A DNA stretch of 64,000 nt, from contig JAUVAV010000003.1 of the NCBI GenBank assembly GCA_030591525.1, positions 17,582 to 81,581 on the forward strand. The letters are read 5' to 3'. The position numbers and the translations under genes are program-made. This document shows positions 12,001-18,327 of this stretch, one piece after another. Under the pieces are notes generated by a model. That model was not told where the DNA came from. It did not search any database and was given only the letters and a program-made list of their open reading frames with translations. The first letter of the stretch is position 1; each line of letters begins with the position of its first letter. This stretch comes from a candidate division FCPU426 bacterium (GTDB lineage Bacteria > Oederibacteriota > JAAXVQ01 > JAUVAV01).

Positions 12001-15000
12001 TCGCCGGATATGGCGATGAAGGCGGGGAAGGATTGGTCGCCCTGTTGGGCGAGATAGAAAGAGGAAAAAAGGCTTATGCGGATCTGCAAGGCATTCATAT
12101 CGGCCATCTTACCGGTTTGCTCAATTCTCCTAAAAAAGTTGCCGGAATTCTGGGAATCGATTCAGAGCATGCCCAATTGGCCAACTGGAATATGCCGTAT
12201 GTCAGTATGACGTGGAAGCAGTTTAAAGCGATCCAGGAGATACTAAAGGAGAAACTAGAAAGGGGCACCCTCGCCAGGTATGGCGATGAAGGCGGGGAAG
12301 GATTGGTTGCACTATTGAGCGAGATAGAAATAGGAAAAAAGGCTTATGCGGATTTGCGAGGCATCCATATCGGCCAGCTTACCAGCTGGCTCAATTCTCC
12401 TAAAAAAGTCGCCGGAATTCTGGGAATTGGAGAAGGGCATGCCCAATTGGCCGACTGGAATATGCCAAAAGTTGATATGACGTGGAAACAATTTCAGGCG
12501 ATCCAGGCGATACTACATGAGAAACTAAAGGCCAAAACTCTCGCCGGATATGGCGATGAAGGCGGGAAAGGATTAGTCGCACTGTTGAGAGAGATAGAAA
12601 GTAGAGACAACGCTTATGCTGATCTGAGAGGTATCCATATCGGGCAGCTTACCGGCTTGCTCAATTCTCCTAAAAAAGTCGCCGGAATTCTGGGAATTGG
12701 TGCCGGGGAGGCCCAATTGGCCGACTGGAATATGCCAAAAATTAATATGACGTGGAAGCAGTTTAAAGCGATCCAGGCGATGCTACATGAGAAACTAAAG
12801 GCCAAAACCCTCGCTAGGTATGGCGACGTAGGCGGGAAAGGATTGGTCGCCCTGGTGAGAGAGATAGAAAGTGGGGACAACGCTTATGCGGATCTGCGAG
12901 GCATCCATATTGGCCCGCTTACCGGCTTGCTCAATGATCCTAAAAAAGTCGCCGGAATTCTGGAAATTGGTGTCGAGCATGCCCAATTGACCGACTGGAA
13001 AATGCCTTATGTCGATATGCCGTGGGAGCAGTTTATTAGGGAAAACAAAATAAAACCAGACATGTCAGCCGTCTCTGAACCGGCAGATGCTGGCAATCTC
13101 CTGGCACGCGAGGGAGTTATGCCTTTTCTTGGGGCTTTAGTTCTGGCAAGTGCGGCATCCCTGGCAGCTGGCCCGGGCTTTACCACGGCGGCACTTATAC
13201 TGGCAGGCTTTTTAGGAATCCGCACCCTGATAACTGGTATATTGGAATGGCTGATTCACGGGCATCTGCTAAGAGGTGGGCCGGAGGAGCCCGGTTTAGT
13301 GCACGTGGTGGATGGAAAAATCCGCCTTAATTTGCAAATCCCGGCAGAATCTCCCTTCTGGCAAAAATCCCTGATTTATATCCTGGTCGGCCCGGCTCTG
13401 CTTGCCGGTTCAATCCATGAAGCAATACACAAGCAATTTTCCTCGGAAATCATGGCCTATGGCCTGGAATCCGCAATAATCCTGGCAGTCCTGACGCTGC
13501 TCTCCCCGGTCTTCTGGCTGCCGGCCTTGATGGGTCTGTTTATCACCGCTTCTGTAATAATGAGAGATGACGGAAAGGAAATGCAGGAGAGAAAAACAGA
13601 GATCAAGCCAAGAGACAGGGGCCGGGTTTTATACGGTCAGAATGAGCAAATAAATCAACGCAGTGAATATTTAGACAATCATCCTTTGATTCGCCAATGG
13701 GTTGTAATGCCGTTATTTGGCCTGTTGTTATCATTCGCCGGGATTATGTCCATCCACAAGGTTCAGGGTAAGCCGGATAGTTCATACGTCCAGGTTAAGA
13801 ATATAAATGCCTACCAAAAAATCATAAAAATAAAGATCAGCCATGGACATGAAAGCAGGTTGATCGACGTTGCCAACCTCAAGCCGGATCAGCTTGAAAA
13901 AATAGCGGACCGGATTATCTTGAAACCTTTCGCGACTACGGGATGGAGAAGCTGGCTCCAAAATATTCGGGGAATGCTTTGGGGATATTCACGGATACAG
14001 ATCAATGAGGAAGGAGAAATGGAGATCCATCTGGCAAGGCGTATTCTGGCCTCTTTGGATTTGACCGCAGAACAGCCAGGCCGCGCGCCTAAATACGGCT
14101 TAGAAGCACGGCTGGCAAAGCTGGCTGAGACTCAGTTAAAGCGAATAATAGAGCATCAGACCGCAGGGCATGTTAAGCGCATTAAGGCCGGGATAGCACG
14201 GCAGGCGGATGGGTTTGATCTTTTTGATGAGGTGCTCCTGAATACTATGGAGGAAAATCCCGAAAAAGAAGTTATTTTAAACCAAGGCCCGAGCATGCGC
14301 CAGGCCTTGGAGCGGAAGAAGATAATAGTGGGCCCGCAGGCCGTGCCATTGATTTTCATGAATTTTTTAAACCGTTTACCGGTCCGCGGCCGCAGGCCTG
14401 GAAATTTATTCAATAGTGAGAACTTGCCGGAGCAGCTCAGCCTGGACATGGCGAAAAACCGGGATGAGCTAAGAGAAAGAGCCCAAGCCGGGGAAGCGAA
14501 TCCGCTGGACTCCCACCCATTCTGGGCGATTATGCCGGGTATTGAAAAACTGTTAAAAGTATCGAATACGCTGGAGTCGCCGTTACGGACCTTTCTTCAG
14601 GAGTTCGGGCAGGTGGATAACCAGAATGTCCAAAGGTTGGCGGAAATAGGCGCGATGGAAATAGCGGCCAGGGAAGGAAGCGATCTTAGCTGGATGCAGC
14701 AATCCGGGGATGAGGCAGGTGTTTCCGAGTTGACTACCTTGGCTTGTCCTGAGACTGCCAAGTTTATGTTGGATAAACTTTATACAATTGACACAGCGGA
14801 TATGAAAACAGATATGCAGGACACGCATAAAACCTTGATAACGATTTTAGAGGCAATGACCGGATATCAAACGGGAGATGTTGTTCACATTGATGGAGAA
14901 ACCGGCCGGATTTTAGCCAGGAAACTTGCCGGACAGTACACTGATACTCCGGCAGGAGCGTCCAGCGCGGCAGTAATGGAAATTGGCAGGAAAGGTGCGG

Positions 15001-15869
15001 ATAAACAGCAGAAAGTTTATGCCCTAGTAACCTCTGGGATGCAAACCAACAGTGTGGAGATAAACGGCCGGACGCTGAGATTTACTATGCCCGAGGTTGC
15101 GGAAGTAACCAGCGAAGAAAACGTTGGAACAGTTGCTGTGCAGGCAGCAACCGGCATATTGCAGGGAAGAGTATTCCGGGGCAGAATTCGTCCGCTATTA
15201 CCCCAAGCGCGAAATCCGGAGGAGAAGCTGGGCTTCCTGGTATTGCCGATATTAAAACTGACGGATAAATTGCCGCTAAGAAGCAAGTATGGGATTCATG
15301 TTTGGGCGCAGCGCTCTAATCCGATTGGCTACTTAAATTATGTCCAGAGACTGCTTCCGGAAGTAGTCCAAGACTCGGGTCTTTATAAAGAACTCTTTAC
15401 GCCGGGAAGCCAATACCGTGAGTTATACCGCATCATGGCAGCAACGGATCCCAAAGACCGGAGAGCTTTTTACCGGGCCCAGAGTGATGTTATAAATTAT
15501 ATGCGTCTTTATATGCGAAATTATTATGAAATATACGGCCGGATTTCTGAAGAGGTGGGAGCTCAATATATTTCCCCAGAGCATAGACAGGCAAATATGC
15601 TGAATCTGAGATTTTTTAATGAGCTGGTTATTAGCATGGGTTCAATTATCGAGGTAGATGATTTCGCGGAAATGGAATTAAAAGCAGCAGCCGATAGCCG
15701 TGCTCCGGAAAAGATGTCCCTGGCAGCGGTTTTAATGGGCCCAGGACACCGCGGGGCCCTGGGCGGGTTTACCAAGTTTTTGGAAGAACATGGTTATGCG
15801 ATAAGCAAGGAGGTTGAGGATTTATTCAACCGCAAGCGGATACGCATGTCGCATGTTTCGTCAGTGTGA
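3..15869 (+). CDS. Giant multidomain membrane-associated protein, 5'-partial (>5,280 aa)
   Basis: The frame of ORF 204..15869 stays open back to nt 3 (DSDQLFQELDLL...), so the true start lies upstream of the window. Motifs: ITGGFHT (GGFH at 393-404), two CPBP-like modules, two GHKL-like modules, HELAH (8622), HEAIH (13416), a GT-B-like region, 90-aa repeats and several hydrophobic segments. Confidence 0.93.
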   Translation, partial: DSDQLFQELDLLDTAIRQNLYTNQAERELDELYRRLDVIEKLLNISAASKDLNEFRAHRPDFNVRVFMDFIKRQDTTGEYLLDPAVYRLDEYLESVEKFYRLADERSQHFVANLYQKMEARNEKLALMITGGFHTQEVLQEMQNRDISYVSITPCLTRRDIVNPYFSLLRNKQMPLEKLLSKNQEIMAVQTACPDLPGIETNQVVPISRIKSITQRTFAKMLGLLFKNTTVVTLHAQGIKTEDIPGNLEEILGIYPANDHTLRLDTEAFLRENTNILNRLGKLPFLAIPMQAGNEDLTTIAYPEDSIAPRPDLMDPAMQTMDINGSKYYYYNTRNISDLVELLVKNQKSPSLLFLPEMSWWNMLGFWGQIARLAWGLAKEGRVFKMLASARDAIKQVKWAPAMKSLKNKHTSLMVLLISSTIILAANKYETLEEKIKRAGMEPTEELINKIKLEFTPDEELEVLKIAGEIKEFINGGKIKEIGGEKITDEIIIEIAEYRLKIEKQGKDMGLNISGLATYLVFMFPHAGQCIEVLQSAKGIKDKYGIPEDEALNIVGRYSEAKWEQKIKQWMLQNAKFEKIQKYFPEEALKIQEAANEIVEKHGLPFQSALDIAARTPVGKREKIIRTLERWQRGTISKGVLPIPEEFFVKKLKINAWLYDNYIAPLWEEVVFTGVPIVIGMLSPPLFVPAFLAFRLVFILLHLFGARAPDGQALVQSNWHKSRTGIMKAAKAIISQLALPTLISTAVIILVSPTLTGLALAIVIHLLVNNLLQPLINYGLEKAGTEFRFGKGALPELPGIGDIWNLLFGKSKPETVVSKPSYLGDLSEEEISLGPTPEKVKFSPKAFEYQDPAQDFHGVDIEHFVRAQEKLAAKSLSEEQISNILEHLGMSAKDIQGENLYAWLYRQMVAGVRGYYNKSIIDTINGNTYSDPRLGITIAGQNEDPKAQGVYEAVSNALDALGLDIGQFGKGVKQAADWLESTGQDRIDVYTRYGRGNCLQLTILQDKQGQNYIQIRTTTPEKVEAATGKSLKNNNGTVLKISVKKEIPAEEIPGQISQAEIAQGLKKRFPFIRSVEIWLKTAGQSHEKINGYKNKRTIIPAGQAEADKSVSTQGRKIEVELDNNEIIVSDNGSGMAAGTLSRMFVPQQGSKQAEPLSGPEAESELVKVQVVHDEDMPDASSFSRNKEVIKAIDIPEHIQPQAVVRGGLMLEFGRLLDVPEERNQIIIPTGLKLGEALNFQMAVKYAVKKIIAHPELSDADKLRYINTMVVGLEELPGGNAHYEQAINALLSEIKTSLGKTIKRLKNEGYVILPHDKSFAMLNPGREKVLYAHEKIFDWQGAVSLQEIGGEIIPGIKLGKNNLPLAMAPFRPDLVGKVKEFDKSWHTWTEEERLPVLVTDRFYAIPMDLGESLNYLIRKQASQGLTEEEQKDLASLAECVKYLLAEKIQTDYEVGEIEKDVKIEISPEIEISTGKIDSDAINAFLTELPMEAQDGFQTKALMVERPADAPYREEVCKTKDGGYQQILPGSSFLKSEIYTRVIKSNKRDGFLFRRSDGWTDMGMGVFDRPIWFDDIEYTDPEDARNIMILKSADGSKHLVSLMKDEEIKAQEIQVSASGRYTVHKNMDGNLVYYDHEQKDLKENKIPDSLTSSLIIEEYLAHDYADVVIIKSKDGMYSLFGMGERASYASGDIKHIEIDSSGQVAVFTDSRGRITVLNIKTAEVIYKDMTKSIKIAADDMYVYINDGSGKMGMLDKKTGKFSKKEMKGLLDWSAKSSILNLPRYWEEYDGDKKAILEWDVNSGDFTEKISLKAASPTSPRNTIMLQKDKYYISINSTIKAVQIECLEKDTTTIMSFKDEHKMIKSMDFLKGDEVIYLEDDDVYVVVNFQRKTGAAESVFENLYKTADNAFLIGTNTRTLKSILIDSKGQETDISKLAPGYEPVDVNGNYFVMQNSAGEVSYLDPRKISGPTTADLTKDRAPPHPEEIARAREVWEKEVLSHRDAFIAQARTAFLPLLDCLDRIPEEYQGKIRNSIKTGIKKLYQTQDAQIRQKYSAALAGEAEFNQQDNSLPFSVFAKRTNKLMTSLPEFLEQVKTWVERENDYSWGTLFYQSIMNNLINLARDDQINLPEFTSDHFLIMGLEYDLQSQEDLQSLETMMKFSRLLISENRFSLAAAAGIIGFLSAAMKSDPEKRGIVEKQIEKLMGFENENQKVLWSYLEEMAAAFQEVEPDILMRYSEDEAAYSQLGQAKECAFFLTHAVETVRQKRAFIPKGEDLYNASPGEGIQISQIKQLEEQRPKQGPDDIVMDMDYLVENIQAGNLPDSSDVLERSILRDIEVQREAGAYTSEITQNSMDATSGRKGELVIDFYCQTNSQGREEYVEEATDNGTGALREVALLIPKSTKAAGQQIDLGGFFGTGKYTIFDGVDRLEIITKNAERAYMFSFIVRKDKSGQARTLLLTGIKQVQDERVEQGVTIRRIKNKENTIPELDQMLAQRAWKNFAGLSQYLSQHPDFRIFFIAHEGKKQALPLAEPEILSEVEFKALKPEKAEKSSRLRIVSTEDIPLQIVDRAGLGVGKIKEDYLALVPYSLRGHFKELGINIQIPLPLIRGRSAFKHEKEYLPEIRKCVAIGIYQALAYKTLTQTSPQFVFEGFPLDWETNDDYWKSIDFSKDPEVQALAENINAGRHENISLRDLEKLIVPKGEMDKAKKLVKLMLLLEVGIDPKQPNKRRSLIGRRVAIQQAKDKAAKARAGAEAARLGVSQESIPERDEIDNYAARVRQAKVLGTANQQIEHLKDFEVEPETEQEHELVVLADRMGGLFGLKKVVLLEEKFAIPGFFSGNTMYLNRSIARQIARIDPQAGVINDEATHIIIHELAHLLEHLMFLKIGQLGSKEVYVPDSDFTHDSIGTFASCVKYVSAVVMANSKAKISEVITDAPAMEIGKGVLPAVRKLAVEKWGIRGDIYDNYIAPLWEEGVFTGVPIVIGMLSPPLFVPAFLAFRLVFIVPHLFGARAPDGEARVQSNWYKSWTGILSKAKEIISQLTWPTMISMTLILLVSPTWPGLALAIVIHLLVNNLLQPLINYGLEKIGTEFRFGKGLLLTGRGVSQGGDSGFLSGIIDEAKKYDEKSENQNNPIRIFMELSGLKESHEELDDNLAALLEEYLITIFNVQNFEKNTLIYASKIKELLYQHSRDSYGINQIQAILVRMAAWRVNLGKINVNEFKGFSDPVKTKVSLVLLSAALPGLGDISKINSSVHGLYREFSRRGLEISIKIVLFEKDKKKSRHMIDNLKSKYPALEFINLEERSNKIAAGSEIIKNTDMIISLVRPAVEAMEIDEKQAMPRVGIILGEYQDPLNIESKNRSMPIYRIITGFGDNAMGFFINPSIEKLYQSVTKLAGAERSRARREILEAMLGEIGSAVDGRQEVVAPKIKDIIAQAESSSRWGSVYMHDLGMKYLEALDYYNNRIARQRESYTIFTSFGKETRLYSDENEYTKLIKSVKEKKLDIEFIDLSEDVNKINKVDFDKKVIRVVNLGMRSEEVYNRLKALTDLPLGTTGDESLLTSLTLRKPFLYETVDWKLDFFNGLIESILKLKAPQDKKDEIVKILTGFTSGANPDEIAAVFDPDSPLKELFEQMGDSVSQNDLFPILGDRLWQYLRVAFHFEKMLEDYPLEEKHENIPAAAPDSSSAIIDAEELPDSEVRLGKQSASVIKAKIRPVQWKKIDDLIEYIWAENQKGNFPEGINLSAYPKKHGTFAIYYLIKDIREKIGYAGKISPRHLCPKINNIIGQPKYYKKEIVTLDRFLILVAFLNDKLNAEELINYGNSSGEGLARLVREVEMPGSIYANMQGINIGHLTGWLNSPSKVAAILRIDPGHAQLLNWNMPYINMTWKQFKAITAILKEKLKAETLAGYGDEGGEGLVALLGEIERGKKAYADLRGINISHLTSLLNSPSKVAGILGIDPWHNQLTNWNMPYVSMTWKQFQAIQAILHEKLKAKTLAGYGDEGGEGLVALLGEIERGKKAYADLQGIHIGHLTGLLNSPKKVAGILGIDSEHAQLANWNMPYVSMTWKQFKAIQEILKEKLERGTLARYGDEGGEGLVALLSEIEIGKKAYADLRGIHIGQLTSWLNSPKKVAGILGIGEGHAQLADWNMPKVDMTWKQFQAIQAILHEKLKAKTLAGYGDEGGKGLVALLREIESRDNAYADLRGIHIGQLTGLLNSPKKVAGILGIGAGEAQLADWNMPKINMTWKQFKAIQAMLHEKLKAKTLARYGDVGGKGLVALVREIESGDNAYADLRGIHIGPLTGLLNDPKKVAGILEIGVEHAQLTDWKMPYVDMPWEQFIRENKIKPDMSAVSEPADAGNLLAREGVMPFLGALVLASAASLAAGPGFTTAALILAGFLGIRTLITGILEWLIHGHLLRGGPEEPGLVHVVDGKIRLNLQIPAESPFWQKSLIYILVGPALLAGSIHEAIHKQFSSEIMAYGLESAIILAVLTLLSPVFWLPALMGLFITASVIMRDDGKEMQERKTEIKPRDRGRVLYGQNEQINQRSEYLDNHPLIRQWVVMPLFGLLLSFAGIMSIHKVQGKPDSSYVQVKNINAYQKIIKIKISHGHESRLIDVANLKPDQLEKIADRIILKPFATTGWRSWLQNIRGMLWGYSRIQINEEGEMEIHLARRILASLDLTAEQPGRAPKYGLEARLAKLAETQLKRIIEHQTAGHVKRIKAGIARQADGFDLFDEVLLNTMEENPEKEVILNQGPSMRQALERKKIIVGPQAVPLIFMNFLNRLPVRGRRPGNLFNSENLPEQLSLDMAKNRDELRERAQAGEANPLDSHPFWAIMPGIEKLLKVSNTLESPLRTFLQEFGQVDNQNVQRLAEIGAMEIAAREGSDLSWMQQSGDEAGVSELTTLACPETAKFMLDKLYTIDTADMKTDMQDTHKTLITILEAMTGYQTGDVVHIDGETGRILARKLAGQYTDTPAGASSAAVMEIGRKGADKQQKVYALVTSGMQTNSVEINGRTLRFTMPEVAEVTSEENVGTVAVQAATGILQGRVFRGRIRPLLPQARNPEEKLGFLVLPILKLTDKLPLRSKYGIHVWAQRSNPIGYLNYVQRLLPEVVQDSGLYKELFTPGSQYRELYRIMAATDPKDRRAFYRAQSDVINYMRLYMRNYYEIYGRISEEVGAQYISPEHRQANMLNLRFFNELVISMGSIIEVDDFAEMELKAAADSRAPEKMSLAAVLMGPGHRGALGGFTKFLEEHGYAISKEVEDLFNRKRIRMSHVSSV
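1977..2378 (+). repeat. Duplicated CPBP-like (CAAX protease/Abi) membrane module, copy 1
   Basis: Colinear without indels with 8895-9296 (offset 6918); 75 bp are identical (2274-2348 = 9192-9266). Encodes APLWEEVVFTG ... FILLH ... IVIHLLVNN. Confidence 0.9.
8895..9296 (+). repeat. Duplicated CPBP-like membrane module, copy 2
   Basis: Encodes APLWEEGVFTG ... FIVPH ... IVIHLLVNN; near-identical DNA to 1977-2378. Confidence 0.9.
11439..13035 (+). repeat. Six tandem 270-bp (90-aa) coding repeats inside the giant ORF
   Basis: Units start at 11439, 11709, 11979, 12249, 12519 and 12789; GATGAAGGCGGG recurs at 11745, 12015, 12285 and 12555. Consensus is roughly EKLKAKTLAGYGDEGGEGLVALL.EIE.GKKAYADLRGIHIG.LTGLLNSPKKVAGILGI...HAQL.NWNMP.V.MTWKQFKAIQAILH. 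Confidence 0.95.
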
Positions 15870-15916
15870 TGAATGACTAATATTTTAGCCATGTCTGGAG
15901 CAGGCGTTCCGTTTTA

Positions 15917-18127
15917 CTAAAAATTAAAGGTATAGTCCGCGTTCAGACGGATAATTCTGCCTCCCGCAATGCGCTGGTTATTATACGAATCAAAAGCAAT
16001 ATAATTCTCGAAAAGATTAAATATGGTAAAGGTTAATCCCATCCCCTGGTATTTGCCGCCCAGACTTAAATCATATTGGCTGAGCCAGCTAAGATCAACT
16101 TGTGAAGTATGCATATGCGCCTTAACTAAATTCGGGCTGCGGCCGAGATGTGCGTAAAAATTAGCGAAGAAGATATTCTCGTAGTTAAATCCCAGTTGAC
16201 CGTTAAAAATAGAGGCAAAACCTTCCCCCCAAGTAGGATGGCGGGGAACTCCCCGGGAATACATTCGGAAACCGGCATAATTCAGTTTCAGCTTGAAATA
16301 GGAAGAGAACCGTAAAGCGGTTTCGAGTTCTAAGCCATGAGCGATTCGGTTACTAGATTTATTCCAGGTGAGACAGGTGGGTATGGAATGAAGCGCCAGG
16401 GGCTGATACAAACCCGGCGTGGCGGGCAGCGCCGGGTCAACCAGACTCATATCCGAAAAGAAAAGATAGAACGGGGAAGACAAGATGGTTGGCTGGATTT
16501 CTTCACGGGTTTCCCAGTAAAAATATCCGCCCTTGACCTGTAACCATTTTCCCATTTCATATTCAATCAGGGCCTCGCTTTGTTCAATCTTTTCCGGAGC
16601 TAAACCGGCATTGCCCTGAACCTTGTAAATTCCGTAGTCTTCCTGAGAGTGAAGTTCTATCATGGCCGGGGAGCGAAAAGCCCGGCCGTATAAGGTCTTC
16701 CAGCGCAAATTGGGAAGCAGGGAATAAATCAGGCTGCCGCGGGGGCTGAGACTGCCGCCGTACTGGGTATTGAAATCATAACGCACCCCCCCGAGGAGGA
16801 TCAGATTATCCCTCAGATGATACTCATCCTGAAGGTAGACCGCATAATTATATTCTGAAATGATATCGGTAGTAAAATAGTTGCTATGGGACCAATCGTA
16901 GGTGAAACTTAGACCGAGTATAAGATAGTTGTTGCCCGGCCAGGCTAAATCATACTGGATTTCAGCCAGGAATTCGTTCAGGGAACCACCGGAGAGTTTT
17001 ACAGCTTCAGAGCCGTCGAGCGAAGCAATGTCAATATAAAATCCCCCTATCGCATTTTCCGGCGGAGCGGACAGAGTTCCGTCCTCGTAGTAAATGCCAG
17101 TGAGGCCGGGAGGTAAATCAGCCGGGGAATCAATTTTGACCGGGTTGAAAATGGAATTAACCTGTCGCAGAAATCTGCGTGGATAATAGGTGTCTCCGGC
17201 GCGGAAGCTCAGCTGGGATAGCTCATCCAGCGTCAAGGTATAATTCGCGTCTAAATAAGCCGTCTCCTGAAAATTCTTGTTCCGGGGAGTGGGAATATAA
17301 AAATAACCCGGATACGGATACTCCATTTTATGGTAACCGCCGTGCAGCGTCAGCGCCTGCTGGTGGGATAGGGACAAATCAATCCGCTGACCCTGATACA
17401 GATTATTGGGCGTATTCCGGTTGATCACATCAATATCCCATTGGCGCCAGTAGCTGGTGCTTACCATATAATCCGTATCCCCTGATTTTTTTCCATAACT
17501 AAGCAGGTAATATTGCGAAAGCTCTTCGGCTTCGAAATTATATCCCGGGCTCAGCTTGAGGTTTAGTCCGTTAAGGTCTATGCCTTGCTTGGTAATGATG
17601 TTGATCACTCCGGCAAACGCATTGGCACCATAGAGCGGGGAACCCGGTCCTTTGATAATCTCGATCTGCTTGATATTGTCCAGATTGAAACCGAAATGAA
17701 GGGCATAATTATTCCAGTCCACAGTATTTATTTTCCGGCCGTTTAGCAAGACCAATATTTTATTATTGTAGGGAGACTGTATTCCGCGAAAGCGCATGAC
17801 TGCGAAGAGGCCCTCGTAGGCGAATTCCGCGGCCGTAAAATTTGCAAAACATTCTTTGAGGGTTAAACAGCCTTTTTCCTTGATGTCCTGTTCGGTAATT
17901 ATAGTTACGCTGCCGGGTACTTCGGTGAGTTTTTGCAAACGTTTAGTGGCGGTTACGACTAAGTTTTCCTCGTCTAAAAACATTAATTCCAAGGAGGTTT
18001 CCGAAGACGTAGGGGCGGCATCCGGCTCTTGCCGGGCCTGGATCGCGTTTCCCCCCAGTAAAAAACTAAGAAACATTAGGGTGACCAGACCAAGATTAGG
18101 CCCTGGATCTGGCCTTTTAATTTTCAT
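15917..18127 (-). CDS. TonB-dependent outer membrane receptor (array copy 4)
   Basis: Signal peptide, TonB-box-like ENLVVTAT, plug motif IEIIKGPGSPLYGANAFAGVINIITK, C-terminal ADYTFNF. Confidence 0.9.
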   Translation of the reverse strand: MKIKRPDPGPNLGLVTLMFLSFLLGGNAIQARQEPDAAPTSSETSLELMFLDEENLVVTATKRLQKLTEVPGSVTIITEQDIKEKGCLTLKECFANFTAAEFAYEGLFAVMRFRGIQSPYNNKILVLLNGRKINTVDWNNYALHFGFNLDNIKQIEIIKGPGSPLYGANAFAGVINIITKQGIDLNGLNLKLSPGYNFEAEELSQYYLLSYGKKSGDTDYMVSTSYWRQWDIDVINRNTPNNLYQGQRIDLSLSHQQALTLHGGYHKMEYPYPGYFYIPTPRNKNFQETAYLDANYTLTLDELSQLSFRAGDTYYPRRFLRQVNSIFNPVKIDSPADLPPGLTGIYYEDGTLSAPPENAIGGFYIDIASLDGSEAVKLSGGSLNEFLAEIQYDLAWPGNNYLILGLSFTYDWSHSNYFTTDIISEYNYAVYLQDEYHLRDNLILLGGVRYDFNTQYGGSLSPRGSLIYSLLPNLRWKTLYGRAFRSPAMIELHSQEDYGIYKVQGNAGLAPEKIEQSEALIEYEMGKWLQVKGGYFYWETREEIQPTILSSPFYLFFSDMSLVDPALPATPGLYQPLALHSIPTCLTWNKSSNRIAHGLELETALRFSSYFKLKLNYAGFRMYSRGVPRHPTWGEGFASIFNGQLGFNYENIFFANFYAHLGRSPNLVKAHMHTSQVDLSWLSQYDLSLGGKYQGMGLTFTIFNLFENYIAFDSYNNQRIAGGRIIRLNADYTFNF

Positions 18128-18308
18128 GAGAAAACTCCCAAGTCAGGACGCGATATTCCCAGGAAGCAGTTGAAATTTTGAACCCTTTCACCGCCGCGAC
18201 ATAGGCGGATAGGGAGCGGCTCAACATTACGGTTACTTCCTTGGTCTGGCCCGGCCCGGACGGCAGCAAGGTCAGTCCTAAAAAGAATATAAATACACGT
18301 AAGTTCAT
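18117..18308 (-). pseudogene. Internally deleted remnant of the periplasmic binding protein gene
   Basis: The first ~56 codons match the N-terminus of 20604..21500 up to WEYRVL. They then join at TGA (plus strand 18143-18145) to the paralog's 3' tail (GACTTGGGAGTTTT), out of frame. Confidence 0.85.
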
Positions 18309-18327
18309 ACAGGTTTTATTCCTCTAA

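Noticed and set aside
11439-13035. Tandem 270-bp array as a CRISPR or non-coding repeat
   Set aside because: The units are in-frame coding repeats with no repeat-spacer alternation, and there are no cas genes in the window.
528-15775. Numerous 60-180-aa ORFs antisense or out of frame within the giant gene (and similar shadows over the receptors, guaAB, dnaE, hsdR and gltX)
   Set aside because: They overlap well-supported genes, lack RBSs or motifs, and recur in paralogous positions simply because the sense genes are repeated.
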